From: an uncultured archaeon | GTDB lineage: Archaea > Asgardarchaeota > Lokiarchaeia > Sigyniarchaeales > SOKP01 | Assembly: GCA_964508365.1 (NCBI GenBank) | Contig: CAZDTP010000090.1 | Span: 1-11,248, forward strand | Reading direction: 5' to 3' | DNA length: 11,248 nucleotides | In this document: positions 6,317-11,248 of the stretch, piece by piece | How the letters are laid out: each line of letters opens with the position of its first letter | How positions within the stretch are numbered: the stretch's first letter is position 1 | Notes under the pieces: model-generated | The model's database searches: none | Told to the model about the DNA's origin: nothing | What the model saw: the letters and a program-made list of their open reading frames with translations, nothing else | Position numbers and translations under genes: made by a program

Positions 6317-8620
6317 TTAGTTTTTCGAATACCAGGTGATTTTAACATGGGTTCCATTATTTCTTTCAATAGAAATGTTTCCATCCATTTGTTTGGTTAT
6401 GGTGGATATAAGTTTTAACCCTAATGAATCTGTATTTTTATAATCTATATCTTTGGGAAAACCCATTCCATTATCATAGACATCTAATAATATTCTATCG
6501 TTTATCATTTTTTTCAGTGTAACAACTATTTTTCCATTATCGTTTTTTGAAAATGCATGTTTTAATGAGTTAGATACAAGTTCATTTATAATTAAACCAC
6601 AAGCAGTAGCATTGTCTAAATTGAAATCAATATTTTCAATGTTCAATTGTAGTTTAATATGTTTGGAATGAGCTGAATATACTTTAAATAGATTATTAAC
6701 AAGGTTTTCTATGTATTCTGAAAGACATATCTTATTCAAGTTTTCGGAGTTATATAATGTTTGGTGTATTAGCGCCATAACTTTAATACGACTTTGGAAA
6801 TCCTTAAAAATATGGAGAATTCTTACATCTTTTACATATTGTTCTTGTAGTACAACTAAACTTGAAATAATTTGTAAATTGTTCTTCACTCTATGATGAA
6901 TTTCTTTCAGGAGTATTTCTTTTTCCGCTAGGGAAGATTCTAGTAGAGATTCATTTTTTTTTTGTTCGGTTATATCAATTAGATTTATGAATAAAGCAGA
7001 ACTTCCTTGAAATTGAATCCTTTTTGAATATTGTTGAAAATACAAATAATGACTATTTTTTTTCTTCATTCGAATTTCAGATTGGAATGAAGATATATCA
7101 TCGTTTAAAATTTTATTATAATTTTCAATTATCATTTGTCTATCTTCAGGATGAATATGCTGATTTATGGTGTTTAGATTCCAAGCTAAAAGCTCAGCTA
7201 TTGAAAATCCTAAAATATTAGACATACCTTTGTTTGCAAAAATAATACGCCCATTAGCAAGGATTAATGTGCCCAACAATGATTGCTCTGTTAACATTCG
7301 ATATTTTTCTTCACTTTCTCTTAATTCTTTCTCAGTAAAATCACGAACAATTATGCCTGCAAGAACATTGGCTATAGATTGTAAAAAATTAATATCGTCT
7401 TTTGAAAATATCCGATGTTCTTTGGTATGAATTCCCAAAATACCAAAAGGTGTGTTTTTTCCTTGAATAATAACACTCATTCCGCTAATAACATCATGAT
7501 CCGCTAGAAGTTTTGGAGCACAAAATCTAGTTTCAGTTTTTAAGTTTTCCACAATTACTGGAGCAGTTGTTAGTAATGTAAAACCCGCTTGTGAATTTTT
7601 ATTATTTTCAACAGTTGCATTTCCGACTAATCCTTCATGCCAACCAGCTCCTGCCCGTAATTTTAAAAATTTCTTATCAGGAAGAATTTCAAGTACCTTT
7701 GTATATTCAACATCCAATATTTTAGCTAATAAAGATGTTGCTTTTTTGAATACATTATCAATTTTTTTTTCAGTAATAGTTTCCATACCAAATTTAGCAA
7801 TCAAAGCTTGTCTATGGATATGATCATTAATGGACTGTTGGATTTCTCTGCTTTTCGTTATATCTTGAGAAACAAGGAGAATCCCGATAATTTTATTTTG
7901 ATCATCATAAATTGGTGCTTGATTTGATGAAAGTTGAATAAATGTTCCATTCTTCTTTTTAAATCGATATTCAATATTTTTAACAAATTTACCTTCCATT
8001 ACTTTTTTAATTCCATTAGTAAGAATCGATTTATCATTAGGATGAATGAATTTATAAATGCTTGAGGAATCAAGGATTTCTTCATTATAATATCCTAAAA
8101 AATCTTTAAAAGCACTATTAACATCAATTAAATTTGCGTTTAGATCTATTGTATAAATCATGAATTCAGAAATTTTAAGCAATGTCTGAAATTTCTCTTC
8201 AGTTAAACATTGAGAAAAATTAATGTTTTTTAGTTTTTTTTCATAATTTGTATTTTTTATCTCTCGTTTAATAGTAGGAATTAATCTATGTAGATTATCT
8301 TCTTCGATATAATCATTTATTCCAGTTTCAATCAAGGAAATCATTGCTTTTTCATCTATCTTCTTCCCAATAACAATATAAGGAATTATTAAATCTTTTT
8401 CTTTAATAATTCTCAATATTTCTATTCCGCATACTGTCCATGCGTTATAGTCGGATAATATAATATCCCATGTCCCTTTAGATAACAATGAACATAAATT
8501 GATATGATTTTCGATGAATTCCAATTGCACTTTAAAGTTATATGCTTTTAACTTTTGTATTATTGAAGATACTTCATCTTTAGAATCAGAAATGAATAAT
8601 ATATCATATTTTTCACCCAA
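6317..8620 (-). CDS. Soluble sensor histidine kinase: degenerate REC-PAS-GAF-PAS-HisKA_2-HATPase
   Basis: H-box EKEILLKEIHHRVKNNLQ, N-box ELVSNSLKHAF, G1 DNGMGFP, G2 SLGLKLI; PAS motifs FIHPND/HIHPEDR and DIT; GAF with QAGFTL..PVIVENL..ETRF. No TM segments. TTG start with an in-frame TGA two codons upstream. Confidence 0.94.
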   Translation of the reverse strand: MGEKYDILFISDSKDEVSSIIQKLKAYNFKVQLEFIENHINLCSLLSKGTWDIILSDYNAWTVCGIEILRIIKEKDLIIPYIVIGKKIDEKAMISLIETGINDYIEEDNLHRLIPTIKREIKNTNYEKKLKNINFSQCLTEEKFQTLLKISEFMIYTIDLNANLIDVNSAFKDFLGYYNEEILDSSSIYKFIHPNDKSILTNGIKKVMEGKFVKNIEYRFKKKNGTFIQLSSNQAPIYDDQNKIIGILLVSQDITKSREIQQSINDHIHRQALIAKFGMETITEKKIDNVFKKATSLLAKILDVEYTKVLEILPDKKFLKLRAGAGWHEGLVGNATVENNKNSQAGFTLLTTAPVIVENLKTETRFCAPKLLADHDVISGMSVIIQGKNTPFGILGIHTKEHRIFSKDDINFLQSIANVLAGIIVRDFTEKELRESEEKYRMLTEQSLLGTLILANGRIIFANKGMSNILGFSIAELLAWNLNTINQHIHPEDRQMIIENYNKILNDDISSFQSEIRMKKKNSHYLYFQQYSKRIQFQGSSALFINLIDITEQKKNESLLESSLAEKEILLKEIHHRVKNNLQIISSLVVLQEQYVKDVRILHIFKDFQSRIKVMALIHQTLYNSENLNKICLSEYIENLVNNLFKVYSAHSKHIKLQLNIENIDFNLDNATACGLIINELVSNSLKHAFSKNDNGKIVVTLKKMINDRILLDVYDNGMGFPKDIDYKNTDSLGLKLISTITKQMDGNISIERNNGTHVKITWYSKN

Positions 8621-8649
8621 ATTTCAAACACTACTCTAAATTTTCATTT

Positions 8650-8657
8650 TTTATAAA
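8650..8657 (-). promoter_or_regulatory. Candidate TATA box (TTTATAAA) for the kinase operon
   Basis: 30-37 nt upstream of the TTG start and fits the archaeal TTTA(A/T)A pattern; the region is very AT-rich. Confidence 0.3.
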
Positions 8658-9068
8658 ATATAATACTCTACAGAAATTCTTTAATTATAATATTGAAATT
8701 TTCATTAAAAAAAAATCTATGTATATTAGCTGCATCCAAGCTTTCATTCTAAAGTTCTTAATAAGATTTAAAAAATGCTTTAAAATAAATCTTTTGGATA
8801 TAAATCGAAAAAGGTTAATATTATCAATTTAAGATAGATAAAATTGAAAGGAAGATTAAATTATTAATCGAACAAAGGAGTTTTATGTTAATATAAATTT
8901 CAAGGCCATTTTTCCATTTTTCTATTGAATTCTATCTAATATATCAGTTTAAAAAATTTATTAGTATAGTAAAATTTATAAATGAAAAATTGATAACAAA
9001 ACTCATATAAAAAATTTTGATTTTTTATTTAATATTTTTTGTTTCAAAAAATATAATATCATAAAAAT

Positions 9069-9073
9069 AGGAG
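9069..9073 (+). promoter_or_regulatory. Shine-Dalgarno AGGAG
   Basis: 7 nt upstream of the ATG at 9081. Confidence 0.6.
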
Positions 9074-9080
9074 AAAAAAA

Positions 9081-9566
9081 ATGGTAAAACTAACAAATGA
9101 AATGAAGGAAGGATTACGTGTTCCTGGTAAAGGGGGCAGTTTAATCTATTTGGCAACATCATCACTAGATGGTAAACCAAATATAGCTGCAATGCGTTAT
9201 ATAGATTCAATTAAAGACGATAAACTTCTGGTTGCAGATATGTTCCTACTTAAAACTAAAGCGAATATTAAAGAGAATCCTGAATGCACCATAGCAATAT
9301 GCCATCCAATGGATTCTGGAAGAGACTGGATCTTTAAAGGTAAAGCTGTTGATATCGAATACGGTTATCCCCCAGATTTTGATTGGTATGGTGTTTCAGC
9401 CAAGGAAATCTTAGATGGTTGGGGTGAATGGCATAATAAAGAACCTCCCGACGAGGTTCCTCCTGATGTTGTTTATTCTAAACCAGCACAACGTGGAGTC
9501 ATAGTATTACACGTGGAAGAAATTTATTCTATAGAAAAAGGTAAAGTAGGAGAGAAAATACAATAA
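9081..9566 (+). CDS. Pyridoxamine 5'-phosphate oxidase-like (split-barrel, FMN-binding) protein
   Basis: IYLATSSLDGKPNIA, LLVADMFLLKTKANIKENP, WIFKGKA, RGVIVLHVEEIYS. Confidence 0.85.
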   Translation: MVKLTNEMKEGLRVPGKGGSLIYLATSSLDGKPNIAAMRYIDSIKDDKLLVADMFLLKTKANIKENPECTIAICHPMDSGRDWIFKGKAVDIEYGYPPDFDWYGVSAKEILDGWGEWHNKEPPDEVPPDVVYSKPAQRGVIVLHVEEIYSIEKGKVGEKIQ

Positions 9567-9580
9567 GAGGGGAAAAAAAA

Positions 9581-9997
9581 ATGACAGTAAAACTAACTGA
9601 TAGAATGAAAGCTTGGATTAAAATTGGTTGTCATTTAAATGTGGCAAGTAAAACGGGGATCCCGTTCGTAACTGTATCAAGGAATGTAAAATCTGTTTCT
9701 GATGATGAGGTTGTCTTTGCGTTGTCTGAAGATGAATATTCTGTGATTAAGTCTGCTTTATCTAAAAATCCTTGGGTTGCATTTGGAGTATCTCGAGCAG
9801 GAGGTATCCGTGCATGTTATCAATTCAAAGGCCAAGGAACTGTAAAGAAAGAAGGCGATAATTATAATTTGAAAGTAAAAATATCTGAAATATATTGCAC
9901 AAAACCAGGATGCTACGCGGGACAAAGACTTGATACTAAGCCTGTTCAAGAATGTGAAGAATGGGAACACGGTCTATGGACTGATGTACCAAAATAA
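9581..9997 (+). CDS. Second, divergent pyridoxamine 5'-phosphate oxidase-like split-barrel protein
   Basis: Shares VKLT.(E/R)MK start, VASKTGIPFV, KNPWVAF, YQFKG, EIYCTKPGCYAGQRL with the family pattern; starts 14 nt after the previous stop. Confidence 0.72.
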   Translation: MTVKLTDRMKAWIKIGCHLNVASKTGIPFVTVSRNVKSVSDDEVVFALSEDEYSVIKSALSKNPWVAFGVSRAGGIRACYQFKGQGTVKKEGDNYNLKVKISEIYCTKPGCYAGQRLDTKPVQECEEWEHGLWTDVPK

Positions 9998-10019
9998 TAA
10001 ACTAATAAATAAACTATAA

Positions 10020-10029
10020 TTTTTTTTTT
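10020..10029 (+). terminator. Oligo(T)10 terminator candidate after the split-barrel pair
   Basis: T10 run about 22 nt after the stop codon at 9997. Confidence 0.45.
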
Positions 10030-10090
10030 GAAATTAAGGTAAGATTAAAATTTTATTGGATTACATAATTAAAAGGATCATACAAATAGA

Positions 10091-10408
10091 ATGAATGAAA
10101 GTAAATCTGAAGAAAATAATGTAGAGAAAGTAAAAGAAAAGAAGAAACCAAAAAAACCACCAAAACAATTTCCGTGGTTTATGCCCTTTATGTGTGAAGG
10201 GTGTGGTGATTGCATTGATGTTTGCCCACAAGGCGGCCTTCAACTATTAGGTCTTGACAGAAAGGTCCCAGTTGCTTGGCTTATGCTTCCAGATTATTGC
10301 ATTGGATGTGGTAAATGTGCAGATGCTTGTCAATGCTCAGCTGTTCAAATGACTGCATATGTGGAACAAGCTATTGAAAGATATAAAACAAAAAAACCTT
10401 TCCAATAA
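10091..10408 (+). CDS. 2x[4Fe-4S] dicluster ferredoxin with a charged N-terminal extension
   Basis: CEGCGDCIDVCP and CIGCGKCADAC motifs. Confidence 0.9.
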   Translation: MNESKSEENNVEKVKEKKKPKKPPKQFPWFMPFMCEGCGDCIDVCPQGGLQLLGLDRKVPVAWLMLPDYCIGCGKCADACQCSAVQMTAYVEQAIERYKTKKPFQ

Positions 10409-10460
10409 AGTTTTGTAAAAAGAGTGAATTTAAAACTGAAAATAAAAGAGGAAATGAAAA

Positions 10461-11248
10461 ATGGTATTTGATTTAAGAAGATGTGATTTCTCAAAATGTA
10501 AGGGAGAATGTCTCGCAAGGTGTTTGTTCGTTGATTACGATGAAAAACAAGCTAAAGTAGACATGGCTAAATTGATTCATCAACAACCTGCGGATATACT
10601 TGCTAAATGTGTAACATGCTATGCGTGTAATGAATTTTGTCCACGAGGAGCAAATCCATGGGATTTGATTAACCAAATGCAAGAAAAAACAGGTCTCTAT
10701 ATATATCCAGAAGAGGCTAAAAAAACTGCATTAGGGTGGGCTAAAAAAGAGGATAAGATTATTAAAGGAGATCCTGGTAAACCAGCACTTTCTATAGGAG
10801 GTTTTGCTGATGCTCTTCCATATGATAAAGTGTTTAAAGGAAAATTATTTGAGGGACTTTCCTTAATAATGGGAGGATCCTACGCTTGTAGAGCACCAGA
10901 AACTCATATGTGTGATGCGAATTCTTGTTTAGATAATCTACCTTCAATGATTAAAAATCTTGCGGATACAGGCTATAAAGAGATAATTTTCTACCATGAT
11001 GCATGTTATGGGTTTGTAACATCGGAAGCATTAGCAATGATGATTGAAGTTCCCTTTAAACCTATACACATTATGGAATATATTAGAAATTGGCTCCGTG
11101 ATAATAAAAATCTTATTACTCCTTTGAATATGAAAATTGCTTATCAACGTCCATGTACTACAAGATATAATCCCCATGGAGAACTTACAGAAAACTTTTA
11201 TGATTGGGTGGAGCAAACTTTTGAATTACTTGGTTGCGAGCTTGTAGA
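10461..11248 (+). CDS. Fe-S-binding CCG-domain oxidoreductase subunit (BamD/HdrD-like), 3'-truncated by the window edge
   Basis: Translated by hand: MVFDLRRCDFSKCKGECLARCLFVDYDEKQAK...CVTCYACNEFCPRGANPWDLI...GGSYAC...EIIFYHDACY...AYQRPCTTRY...LLGCELV; open with no stop to the end of the window; GAGG upstream. Absent from the ORF track, presumably because no stop codon falls in the window. Confidence 0.88.
   Translation, partial: MVFDLRRCDFSKCKGECLARCLFVDYDEKQAKVDMAKLIHQQPADILAKCVTCYACNEFCPRGANPWDLINQMQEKTGLYIYPEEAKKTALGWAKKEDKIIKGDPGKPALSIGGFADALPYDKVFKGKLFEGLSLIMGGSYACRAPETHMCDANSCLDNLPSMIKNLADTGYKEIIFYHDACYGFVTSEALAMMIEVPFKPIHIMEYIRNWLRDNKNLITPLNMKIAYQRPCTTRYNPHGELTENFYDWVEQTFELLGCELV

Noticed and set aside
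1570-7430. Short ORFs from the track that overlap real genes on the opposite strand (1570-1824, 3460-3711, 3870-4073, 4107-4289, 4476-4670, 4637-4837, 5332-5550, 6711-6896, 7024-7221, 7167-7430).
   Set aside because: They are antisense shadows of well-supported genes with no recognisable motifs.
9025-11216. Minus-strand short ORFs 9025-9210, 9758-9970, 10061-10243, 10491-10682, 11031-11216.
   Set aside because: They are antisense to well-supported plus-strand genes, have biased composition and show no motifs.
1-11248. Search for CRISPR arrays, tRNA/rRNA, transposases, integrases and terminal inverted repeats.
   Set aside because: None seen. Intergenic gaps are short and AT-rich with no regularly spaced repeats or GC-rich structured segments.

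Overview
AT-rich, gene-dense, intron-free prokaryotic DNA, most likely from an Asgard archaeon (Lokiarchaeia-like). This is inferred from a eukaryote-like actin gene sitting among archaeal-type HisKA_2 two-component genes and a BamD/HdrD-like Fe-S protein. Left part: flavodoxin, TMEM165/GDT1 cation transporter, GPH-family MFS symporter. Centre, a co-oriented minus-strand run: sensor kinase (degenerate REC-PAS-GAF-PAS-HisKA_2-HATPase) > REC-ArsR response regulator > paralogous stand-alone ArsR > divergent actin homolog > UbiA prenyltransferase. Right part, transcribed divergently from the kinase: two tandem pyridoxamine-5'-phosphate-oxidase-like split-barrel paralogs, a 2x[4Fe-4S] ferredoxin, and an Fe-S/CCG-domain oxidoreductase subunit that runs off the window and is missing from the supplied ORF track. 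Best candidate for an undescribed system: a two-component/ArsR-pair module directly upstream of an actin paralog whose phosphate-release gate, D-loop and C-terminus are remodelled. No RNA genes, CRISPR arrays or mobile elements were seen. All family assignments are from motif recognition by eye, not database searches.
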